NCBI GenBank assembly: GCA_963706595.1
Contig: OY970166.1
Location: forward strand, 448,001-512,000
Direction of reading: 5' to 3'
Source of the DNA: an uncultured cyanobacterium
GTDB taxonomy: Bacteria > Cyanobacteriota > Cyanobacteriia > Cyanobacteriales > Nostocaceae
DNA: 64,000 nucleotides
A program made the position numbers and the translations under genes. How positions within the stretch are numbered: the stretch's first letter is position 1; every line of letters starts with the position of its first letter. The notes below the pieces were generated by a model, which made no database searches, was not told the origin of the DNA, and saw only the letters and a program-made list of their open reading frames with translations. Below, one piece after another: positions 53,374-61,328 of the stretch.

Positions 53374-53922
53374 CTAGAGATTTGAGCAGAAAGCAAATTC
53401 TGTTTTGATATTCCAACGCTGACCGTCATGTAGCAGCAGCGTTAACTTCTCAGCAGTAAAATCAAAATTTAACGAACGTTGGACAAATTCCGGCCAAGCA
53501 AGTCTAAAATTCTGCTTTGTTAAATCCCGAAAAGCCACAGTTAAATGGGGTGTAAAAGGGCGAGTTTGAGATGTTTTATCGACAATTTCTAAGTGATTTT
53601 CTACATAACCCATTAAATCAGCTTGCAAGGTCAAAAGTGCTTGACTTTTAACAACATTTATGTATATAACACGGGGAGGAAAGGCTGCATAACCGTTGAG
53701 TGTAATTGGTATTGGCTGTTGTGTGCTAGCAAACTCTTTCAGGGATGCTTCTAGCTGTGGAACATGAGCATCTGACCATTCAAAAGGGGGTTGCAAGGTA
53801 ATATGAGGCGGTGACTTTTGCGCCCCACGACTGGCATAATGGTCAGCGAAGTGCTGTTTAATCTCGTTAGCGTAGTCCTGAATCTGCTGTGGTGGTAAAA
53901 GGGCGATAAAAAAACGGCTCAT
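53374..53922 (-). CDS. 2H phosphoesterase (2'-5' RNA ligase family)
   Basis: Two HxT motifs: PHITL and PHLTV. Confidence 0.9.
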   Translation of the reverse strand: MSRFFIALLPPQQIQDYANEIKQHFADHYASRGAQKSPPHITLQPPFEWSDAHVPQLEASLKEFASTQQPIPITLNGYAAFPPRVIYINVVKSQALLTLQADLMGYVENHLEIVDKTSQTRPFTPHLTVAFRDLTKQNFRLAWPEFVQRSLNFDFTAEKLTLLLHDGQRWNIKTEFAFCSNL

Positions 53923-53980
53923 CTGAGTTTATGTTGAACAGCGAAACCTCAAGAGTATTACAAATATATATGTATAGTTA

Positions 53981-54082
53981 AGTAGCTCAAACTTAAAAAA
54001 CGTAATATCCAGATCCCCGACTTCTCAAAGAAGTCGGGGATCTATAGCGTCAAGGTTTTATGTTTAATTAGGTTGACCTACT
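53981..54082. mobile_element. 102-bp MITE carrying the AGATCCCCGAC palindrome
   Basis: TIR AGTAGCTCAA / TTGACCTACT with TA on both flanks. Confidence 0.65.
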
Positions 54083-54084
54083 TA

Positions 54085-54555
54085 GTGACATACTCCTACA
54101 CTGATGCAAGCATACAGTGTAGGCTTCTCAGCGACTCTTCTATGAAGACATTGACTGAGCTTTGTTTTAAGTCCACGAGAAGCCCCTCCGCAGACTATGC
54201 AATTTCTTACCTTGTACCCTACAAATTTTACTGTCCTGGATGAGATGCTGGCTTATTCGCGCTATAGGACAAACCCGGAGGTGATCTGTATTAATCAAGA
54301 TGTGCCTACTTGCTTCTATGCTGTGCAACGGAGTCGCTTACCAATAATCGTAATGCTATTGGACAGAGGCTTATCAGACACCAATATGGGTGAAGTCAAC
54401 CAAATCTATTATACCAAATTTAAAATATTTTGCTCGTTTCCTCCGTGTCTCCCTTCCTCGCTGTCGCATTGGTCGGGAGACTGTCGTCAATTCACGCGCA
54501 ATTCATCTCATCACTTCCGCTATCGTGTTAAGTGAGAGGCTTCTTGCTGTTTAAG
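54085..54555 (-). mobile_element. Protein-less IS200/IS605 derivative with internal promoter and structured RNA
   Basis: Right end GAAG-hairpin-GAGTATGTCAC parallels the IS605 end at 2691-2726; left end follows TTAG with guide AAAC; TGGTATAAT at 54416-54408. Confidence 0.75.
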
Positions 54556-54580
54556 CTAAAAATTGAGAGGTTGCGAGGAA

Positions 54581-54847
54581 ATGCCCTTATTTGTGAAAAT
54601 TGAAGCAGGTAAAGTCGATAAACCGATTTTTGACCAATACGTACCCGCCCACAAAGCCTATGTGGAAGATTTGATTGCCAAAGGACACAAAGCCAGAACA
54701 GGCTATTGGGCAGGAGATATGGGCGGAATGTTGATATTTGAGGCGGCTTCTATGGATGAAGCCCAAGCAATTGTGGCTCTTGATCCATTGGTACAGAACG
54801 ATTGTGTGAGTTATCAGCTTTATGAATGGAAAATTGTTGTGGAGTAA
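54581..54847 (+). CDS. YciI-family protein
   Basis: VPAHKAY, GGMLIFEA.S.DEA......DPL. Confidence 0.85.
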   Translation: MPLFVKIEAGKVDKPIFDQYVPAHKAYVEDLIAKGHKARTGYWAGDMGGMLIFEAASMDEAQAIVALDPLVQNDCVSYQLYEWKIVVE

Positions 54848-54885
54848 CACACACTTACCGAGTTTTCATGTTATACTGATTTTTA

Positions 54886-54979
54886 GACCTGGATCTACGC
54901 GGCTGTAACGCCCAAATCTTGTCAGAACCGGAAGGTGGCAGCAATACGGGATGCTTATAGTAGGCGTAGTCTCCGGGTC
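54886..54979 (+). ncRNA. ffs: Signal recognition particle RNA (4.5S)
   Basis: Domain IV GTCAGAACCGGAAGGTGGCAGC; terminal stem GACCTGGA/TCCGGGTC; extended -10 TGTTATACT 54869-54877. Confidence 0.93.
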
Positions 54980-55009
54980 GCCCTATTTTGTTAGGAGCGG
55001 TCAGCAGCA

Positions 55010-55411
55010 ATGCCTGGTTTAGGAGATTTTGTTCAAAAAGCTTTTTACCTCGGTGTCGGGTTAGCTTCTTACGCAGGTGAGAAAGCAGGAGGGAAGTTGG
55101 GCGAACTGCGATCGCAAGTCCAAAAACTAGCGGATGAAATGGTGGCAAAGGGCGAAATGAACACAGAAGAAGCCCGCCGTTTCGTCGAGGATATGATGAA
55201 GCAAGCTCAACAGCCGCCAAAACCCAGTGAAACCCCAGAGAAATCACCAACTTCTGAACCTCGCCGCATTGAAATTTTAGAAGAAGATGAAACGGGAACT
55301 GTCAAAGATTCCCCCAAGTCACAAGATTCATCAAAAGATAATGTTGATCACTTGCGCGAACAAGTGCTACAACTGCAAAAAGAGTTACAAGACCTGCAAC
55401 ACGATAAGTAA
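55010..55411 (+). CDS. Phasin-like family protein
   Basis: KAFYLGVGLA, ADEMVAKGEM..EEARRFVE. Confidence 0.75.
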   Translation: MPGLGDFVQKAFYLGVGLASYAGEKAGGKLGELRSQVQKLADEMVAKGEMNTEEARRFVEDMMKQAQQPPKPSETPEKSPTSEPRRIEILEEDETGTVKDSPKSQDSSKDNVDHLREQVLQLQKELQDLQHDK

Positions 55412-55567
55412 AAAGTAAATTTTCACCTTGTGTTTGTGCATTCAGCCGCATATAGGTATACTGTTATGTGCAGAAAGTTGATAAAATACATTGCCTGGGA
55501 TGTAGTATAGTGCTGCAAGCCTGATAGCACTAAGCGTCCTGTTTATATCCAGTAAGGGCGTAGGTTT

Positions 55568-55981
55568 ATGGAACAATGGCAAAAAGATTTAGCGGAAATG
55601 GTCGAAACCGTAGCTGATGAAGTAGAACGCTTTTTCTTAGGAATGAGTGAAATGGTAGATGTATTTTTTGAACTAACGGAAGAATTTTCCGATCAAGTCC
55701 AAAATTCTATAGTCACTGAAATTGACCAGTATTTACAGGAACTAACCGACGACACAATTTTGGAAGTTTACTGGGAACTGGAAGATTTTGTGGGAGATTC
55801 AGATCCTGGTTTTCCTTACGGGGTTGAACCGACTTTAGAAAAAAATGCTGCTTGTGTAGGTTGTCATCACTACCACGGTCAAGTGTATGGTGGTAATCTG
55901 TTAGTCTGTGGTATGCATCCTCATGGGTGGGATGATAAAAATTGTCCTGATTGGGAACAGGAAGAAGAGGAGAGGTTTTAA
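55568..55981 (+). CDS. Hypothetical protein with C-terminal Cys/His metal-binding motif
   Basis: CVGCHHYHG...CGMHP.G....CPDW. Confidence 0.75.
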   Translation: MEQWQKDLAEMVETVADEVERFFLGMSEMVDVFFELTEEFSDQVQNSIVTEIDQYLQELTDDTILEVYWELEDFVGDSDPGFPYGVEPTLEKNAACVGCHHYHGQVYGGNLLVCGMHPHGWDDKNCPDWEQEEEERF

Positions 55982-56057
55982 ACGCAGAGGGGCGCTAAGG
56001 TTAACGCCAAGGTACGCAGAGTTTTTTGGATTTAAAAAGTTATATATTTAAGTAAGT

Positions 56058-56444
56058 ATGAGCGATTCTTCTCCTGAGATGAAGTATGGTGAACGTGAGA
56101 TTACAGAGGGTAAGTTAATTACTTTTCCTAATCCGCGTGTGGGTAGGCGATATGATGTGAGTATTTCTTTACCGGAATTTACTTGTAAGTGTCCATTTTC
56201 TGGTTATCCTGATTTTGCGACGATTTATATTACCTATATGCCTGATCAGCGTGTGGTAGAATTGAAGGCTTTGAAGCTGTATATTAATAGTTATCGCGAT
56301 CGCTATATTTCTCATGAAGAATCTGCAAATCAAATTTTAGATGATTTTGTGGCTGCTTGTGACCCCTTAGAAGTCACAGTCAAGGCAGATTTTACTCCCC
56401 GTGGTAATGTCCATACTGTAGTAGAAGTGCGTCATCAGAAATAG
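56058..56444 (+). CDS. queF: preQ1 synthase (7-cyano-7-deazaguanine reductase)
   Basis: PEFTCKCPFSGYPDFA, VELKALKLY, SHEE, FTPRG. Confidence 0.97.
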   Translation: MSDSSPEMKYGEREITEGKLITFPNPRVGRRYDVSISLPEFTCKCPFSGYPDFATIYITYMPDQRVVELKALKLYINSYRDRYISHEESANQILDDFVAACDPLEVTVKADFTPRGNVHTVVEVRHQK

Positions 56445-56495
56445 ATGTAGACGCAGAGGAAAAACTCTCTGCGTACCTCTGCGCTAACCTTCGCG

Positions 56496-57869
56496 TTAAA
56501 CTCCAGATTCAGAACTCAGGTTATCTAATATCTCTAATACTTCTTGTTCAAATGCGACTTGGGCGCGGTTAGTCTTACCACCAATATACAAGCGATCGCC
56601 TGTTTTTAACGCCCAAATTTGGGAGTGAGAGAAATAACTCATGGTTGCGCCTAACATTAATAAGGCGAATCCTGTGTAAACTAGGGGGATACCTGGGTCA
56701 GATTTGATTTGTAAGCCAGTGCTTCCCAGAACATCGACAATTTTCAGATTTACGCCATTGACTTTGGCTGACATTCCCGTGCGTACTGTGTCTACTAATT
56801 TCCCGGTGGAATCATATATTAATACCATTCCTTGCAAATCTTTGGCAATCACAGAAACGCCATCACTCAAATCTGGTTTAGTGGGTATCCAACTTCCCCA
56901 AAGTCGTCCTTTACCGTTGGTGTCTAATGCCGCCATTGGTAACTGAAATATGGGACTATTATTAAATTGAATCTGAACTGCGGAAATTCCCCAATCAGTT
57001 TGATAGAAAGTTACGCCATGATAACGCAGGGGTTGGTTAACGAAAATCTTTTTATGGTCAACTTCTTCTCCCTGTTTATCCAAGACTGACATATCTGAAT
57101 AAAATTGGTCAATTTCACCAGTGGGAGTGTAATCAATCCAAAAACGATTCACACGCACAGACCAATCTTTGAGAATTTGGAAATTTGCCCAGGGACCAGC
57201 ATCTATAATATTCTTGACTTGAAATGTATTACCACTTGATATCATTTCTTGAGCCATAAATCCAGTCATCGCGCCGAGAATTCCCCCCAGGAGGATAGTC
57301 ACAATCCCCACATGGACAACAATCGGTCCGATACGTCCAATTATTCCCTTACGCGCGTAGAGAATATTGTCTTTTTCTGGTTCTTGAAATATCTGATAAC
57401 GGCGATTTTTTAAGATTTCATTTAAAGAATTGAGGGAACCAGTATCTAGTTCTGCACTCAAAGCTAATTTTTGGAATTTCCGGGGTTCTTCGTAATATTT
57501 CCAGCGTTGGGCGGTTTTTAAAGCTGGTAACTGACGGGTAAATGTACAAGCTGTGAGACTCGTACCAAATAAAATTAATAAACCAAGAAACCACCAAGTC
57601 CGATATACATGGTCTAACCCAATTACTTGAATTACCTTCCAAGTTAGGAAACCAAATAATGCTGGACTTTCGGGGTAGTTCGACTGATAATATGCAGGTG
57701 ACTGACCTTGCTCAATCACTGTGCCACTGATGCTAAAAAGAGCGATAATTAATAAGAGTGCGATCGCTAGTCGTAAATTAGTCAGTACAGGTAAAATCTC
57801 CCTGCGTAAGAATCGCCCAGGTACTAACCACCAATTTAATTCTGTGGACGCTGAATTTTCTACAGTCAT
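56496..57869 (-). CDS. ccs1: Cytochrome c biogenesis protein Ccs1/ResB
   Basis: [42 protein letters not shown]. Confidence 0.95.
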   Translation of the reverse strand: MTVENSASTELNWWLVPGRFLRREILPVLTNLRLAIALLLIIALFSISGTVIEQGQSPAYYQSNYPESPALFGFLTWKVIQVIGLDHVYRTWWFLGLLILFGTSLTACTFTRQLPALKTAQRWKYYEEPRKFQKLALSAELDTGSLNSLNEILKNRRYQIFQEPEKDNILYARKGIIGRIGPIVVHVGIVTILLGGILGAMTGFMAQEMISSGNTFQVKNIIDAGPWANFQILKDWSVRVNRFWIDYTPTGEIDQFYSDMSVLDKQGEEVDHKKIFVNQPLRYHGVTFYQTDWGISAVQIQFNNSPIFQLPMAALDTNGKGRLWGSWIPTKPDLSDGVSVIAKDLQGMVLIYDSTGKLVDTVRTGMSAKVNGVNLKIVDVLGSTGLQIKSDPGIPLVYTGFALLMLGATMSYFSHSQIWALKTGDRLYIGGKTNRAQVAFEQEVLEILDNLSSESGV

Positions 57870-57939
57870 ACAATTTTGGATTTTAGATTTTAGATTTTAG
57901 ATTTTAGATTTATTTCACAGATGAATCTAGGGACTTGTA
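57869..57939. repeat. TACAA..TTGTA-bounded element with TTTTAGA heptamers (related partial copy 53249-53300)
   Basis: Shared GTCATACAATTTTGGATTT at both loci. Confidence 0.6.
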
Positions 57940-57954
57940 ACACTAAGGAAGTAT

Positions 57955-58045
57955 AGGACTTACCCACAAATTACGGAATAACGAACCACAGAGACGCAGA
58001 GGACACAGAGGAATAAGGGTTTGAGAGGATTTTTGCGTAAGTCCT
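57955..58045. mobile_element. 91-bp MITE with 7-bp target duplication
   Basis: TIR AGGACTTAC / GTAAGTCCT flanked by GAAGTAT direct repeats. Confidence 0.85.
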
Positions 58046-58054
58046 GAAGTATTG

Positions 58055-58795
58055 TTAAAAACTTCCCAAAGGGAATCGAGAAATTAAGGAAAATACACCA
58101 AATGCTACTAATAGCACACCGCTAACTGGATTAATCCAACCAGACCAGCGTCGCAGTTCTAGCAGCTTTTTAATCGAAGCGGTAAAAGTACCTGCTAAAA
58201 TCAACGGTGCTACATAACCTGCCGTATAGGATAGTAACAAAATAGCGCCCAGAATTAAATCTTGTGTACTCGCAACCCAACCCAGTAAGCTGGCTAAAAC
58301 CGGTGTACTACAAGGAGACGCGACCAAGCCGAAAGTTAACCCCAGGGAATAAGAACGCACACCCGGCGGTAAATCTTGGGAAATCCAATTGGTTTCGCCC
58401 AGGGAAGGAAATTGTATCGGTAGGGCTTCTAGCAAGTTCAACCCCATAAGAATAGCGATAATACTCACGATAATTGGTAAGCCGATTCCCACTTGACCAT
58501 AGACTTTTCCCACAAAAGCTGCTATGATTCCCAGCCCCGCTAGAGTCGTTGCTAAACCTAAAGCAAACCATGTCGATTGTGCGGCTGCTTGGAGGCGACC
58601 TTTGGCTTCATAACCCCCGATGTACCCAATAGTAATTGGTAGCATGGACAGCATACAAGGGGTAAGACTGGTGAGTAAGCCGGCTGTGAAAATAATGCCA
58701 ATACTGAGTAAGCTGAGGTGCGTTAGTTGGTTAGATACTAAGGTGTTGGCAAATTGTTCTAGTTCGTAAAGTCGTGTTTGTAGTGTCTCCAGCAT
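58055..58795 (-). CDS. ccdA: Cytochrome c biogenesis protein CcdA
   Basis: SLTPCMLSMLPI, ASPCSTPVL. Confidence 0.95.
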   Translation of the reverse strand: MLETLQTRLYELEQFANTLVSNQLTHLSLLSIGIIFTAGLLTSLTPCMLSMLPITIGYIGGYEAKGRLQAAAQSTWFALGLATTLAGLGIIAAFVGKVYGQVGIGLPIIVSIIAILMGLNLLEALPIQFPSLGETNWISQDLPPGVRSYSLGLTFGLVASPCSTPVLASLLGWVASTQDLILGAILLLSYTAGYVAPLILAGTFTASIKKLLELRRWSGWINPVSGVLLVAFGVFSLISRFPLGSF

Positions 58796-59026
58796 GGGAA
58801 TTTTTAAGCGGCAAATGCTTGTTATATTTAAAATTCTAACGTATTTTTGGGAGATATTTAAACAGGATGGGAATACAATATCAAGCATAATTGAACGCAG
58901 ATGGACGCAGATTAACGCAGATGAAGATGGATTAATCAATAAATTTCAGGATTATGTGCAGCCTCACATATAATTGCTATTATATGGAAAGTCTCTACAA
59001 CATAAATTCTTTTTCATTTGCTTGAA

Positions 59027-59431
59027 TCACTCTTGTAACCAATCCTCTAATTTTAAATCTGGTATTCTTAATAAATCCGAATCATGAGAAACTAAAATAA
59101 GATTATTAATAATAGCTGTAGCTGCTATAAATACATCTGCATCTTGGATTGGTAAACCTCTGATTTTCAAATCAGCATGAATTTCGGTGGCTTTTTGGAA
59201 AATTGCCATATCATCTAATAGTAAAACAGGGTATTCATCGCATAACTTCTCGAAATCAATTAACTTTCTACTAGCTTTTATCGCTAAATATCCCCTTTTG
59301 ATTTCATAGTAAGTCATTCCGCTTATGAAAAATTTTTTACCTTGAACACGTATTCTATCTAGCGGTTTAATGACTTTGGGATTGTTTTTTAAAATAGCCG
59401 ACACAATGTTAGTATCTAGGAGATAATTCAT
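59027..59431 (-). CDS. PIN-domain (VapC-like) toxin
   Basis: YLLDTN, YEI, DADVFIAATA, VSHDSD. Confidence 0.92.
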   Translation of the reverse strand: MNYLLDTNIVSAILKNNPKVIKPLDRIRVQGKKFFISGMTYYEIKRGYLAIKASRKLIDFEKLCDEYPVLLLDDMAIFQKATEIHADLKIRGLPIQDADVFIAATAIINNLILVSHDSDLLRIPDLKLEDWLQE

Positions 59432-59434
59432 CTT

Positions 59435-59719
59435 TTATCTACCTACGGCTTCATCAAATATTGCCATTTCTTCCGGTGTTAAATCATTTAGAGTTCCGGC
59501 TAAAGCATGGAGAACTAAAATACCATTAATTCTCTTAGTCAACTCCTCCTGATTAATTTTGTCTATATCTGGTGATGTATCGGCTTGACTAAACAAGTCA
59601 AAAATATAATTAATCATCTGCTGTTTATCTAATCTTTCCTGATACAAATCGTCATGAGCAATCAAATCTTCTATAATTGCTGAAATACGTTTAAAGGCTG
59701 GTTCTTTTGGCAAAGACAT
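59435..59719 (-). CDS. Putative antitoxin upstream of the PIN gene
   Basis: 3-bp gap to the PIN gene; acidic C-terminus LNDLTPEEMAIFDEAV; start uncertain. Confidence 0.6.
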   Translation of the reverse strand: MSLPKEPAFKRISAIIEDLIAHDDLYQERLDKQQMINYIFDLFSQADTSPDIDKINQEELTKRINGILVLHALAGTLNDLTPEEMAIFDEAVGR

Positions 59720-59847
59720 GAAATTTATGTAGTTTTTATTCATATTTTTACTTCCATATTTTTTGAGGGTATATACCATTTTAGCAAAAATCGGTATTTT
59801 TGAGGTTTATGCTAATTTGACTATTGTCCTGAAACTGCTGTTTAATT

Positions 59848-60288
59848 ATGAGTAGAATCCCCAAAATTGACCGTCAACGCGAACATCAAGCCAACGAGAG
59901 AACTTTTTTAGCATGGCTACGGACATCCATCTCATTGATTGGTTTTGGGTTTGCGATCGCGCGATTCGGTTTATTTATGCGACAATTAAATGTTGCCCTT
60001 ACACAACAAGAGCCTTCCGTCAACCCCATATTTAACTCAGAAAACCTGGGAATTGTGTTTGTAATATTTGGAATTGTAGCGATCGCCTTAGCTGCATGGC
60101 GGTACAATCAAGTATTCTGGGAAATTGAACGCGCCGATTATCGACCGCACCGTTTACCAGTGTGGATTATGACCGGAGTAGTGATAATTCTCGGTATTCT
60201 CAGCCTACCCTTACTCTTATTACGAAATTCAATATCTCCACCTCCCTCCTCAGCACCCAGTCAGCCACAATCGCGCCATCTTCGTTAA
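59848..60288 (+). CDS. YidH/DUF202 membrane protein
   Basis: REHQANERTFLAWLRT. Confidence 0.92.
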   Translation: MSRIPKIDRQREHQANERTFLAWLRTSISLIGFGFAIARFGLFMRQLNVALTQQEPSVNPIFNSENLGIVFVIFGIVAIALAAWRYNQVFWEIERADYRPHRLPVWIMTGVVIILGILSLPLLLLRNSISPPPSSAPSQPQSRHLR

Positions 60289-60391
60289 AGCCTAAAAGTT
60301 TATTAATACAATTGATATAATTACAACTAATCAATAAGCCTCTCTTGATTTAACTGTTAGTCATTGTCAGAAAATACAACAATTTATTTGT

Positions 60392-60982
60392 ATGACTCTT
60401 AGCCAATTTCAATCCTATCTTTCACCAGAAGAATATCTAGAAATTGAAAAATCTAGCCCAATTAAACATGAATATATCCAAGGGCAGATTTATGCAATGG
60501 CAGGCGCAAGTGATGCTCATGTAACAATTACTGCTAACTTAGTCACCCTGCTGAGAAATCACATTCGCGGGACTGGGTGTCGTCTTTATGTTGCTGACAT
60601 GAAAGTACGCATCGAATCTCTGAATATTTTTTACTATCCAGATATCATGGTGACTTGTGACCAACGAGATACAAGTTTTGAATATTTTAAACGCTATCCC
60701 AGCTTAATAATTGAAGTTTTATCACCCTCCACTGAAGCTTTAGACAGAGGTGATAAATTTAGTGACTATCAAGAATTAGAAACATTGCAAGAATATGTTT
60801 TAATCAGTCAAAACCGTCGGCGTGTTGATTGTTTTCGGCGTAATACAGAAGGTAGATGGGAGCTTTATAGCTACAGAGGAAATCAAGAATTACAGTTAAA
60901 CACCCTGAATTTTTCTGGTTCCTTAACTGATGTTTATGAAGATGTCTCCCTCCCCGGAACTTTTAACCCTACTTCTGGCTAA
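60392..60982 (+). CDS. Uma2-family (DUF820) endonuclease-like protein
   Basis: HEYIQG..YAMAG, YYPD, IEVLSPST...DRGDK, EYVLI. Confidence 0.92.
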   Translation: MTLSQFQSYLSPEEYLEIEKSSPIKHEYIQGQIYAMAGASDAHVTITANLVTLLRNHIRGTGCRLYVADMKVRIESLNIFYYPDIMVTCDQRDTSFEYFKRYPSLIIEVLSPSTEALDRGDKFSDYQELETLQEYVLISQNRRRVDCFRRNTEGRWELYSYRGNQELQLNTLNFSGSLTDVYEDVSLPGTFNPTSG

Positions 60983-61328
60983 TGAATCTTTAACTATCGT
61001 TCAAAAAATCGTAAATTATGACAACTTCCTCCCTCCTTAAGTAGGTGGGTAGGAAAACTTATACCTCAAACAACTCAAAAATCCTCCGCGTATCTTTGCG
61101 CTTACCTTAGCGAACCTCTGCGTTTAAAAAACACTCATCCCCCCACCCCATAAACCAGAAAAAAACAGCTCAAACCCGCATCAACAAAAGCCCAAAAATA
61201 CTGAGTACATAACTAATATTAAATAGATAGAAAAACCCCTCAGACATAAAATATAAAAACTGCCTACTAACTAATATATTTAATTTTATTGTAACCAAGC
61301 GACCGCTACAAACAAAAACCCCAAAAAC

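Noticed and set aside
54085..54555. Group I intron or Cas12k tracrRNA; also ORF 54197-54535
   Set aside because: No complete P3/P7 core or tracr match recognised, the site is intergenic, and the ORF has no recognisable motif and lies antisense inside the element
61290..61310. NtcA site upstream of nifJ
   Set aside because: GTA and TAC are 13 nt apart rather than 8
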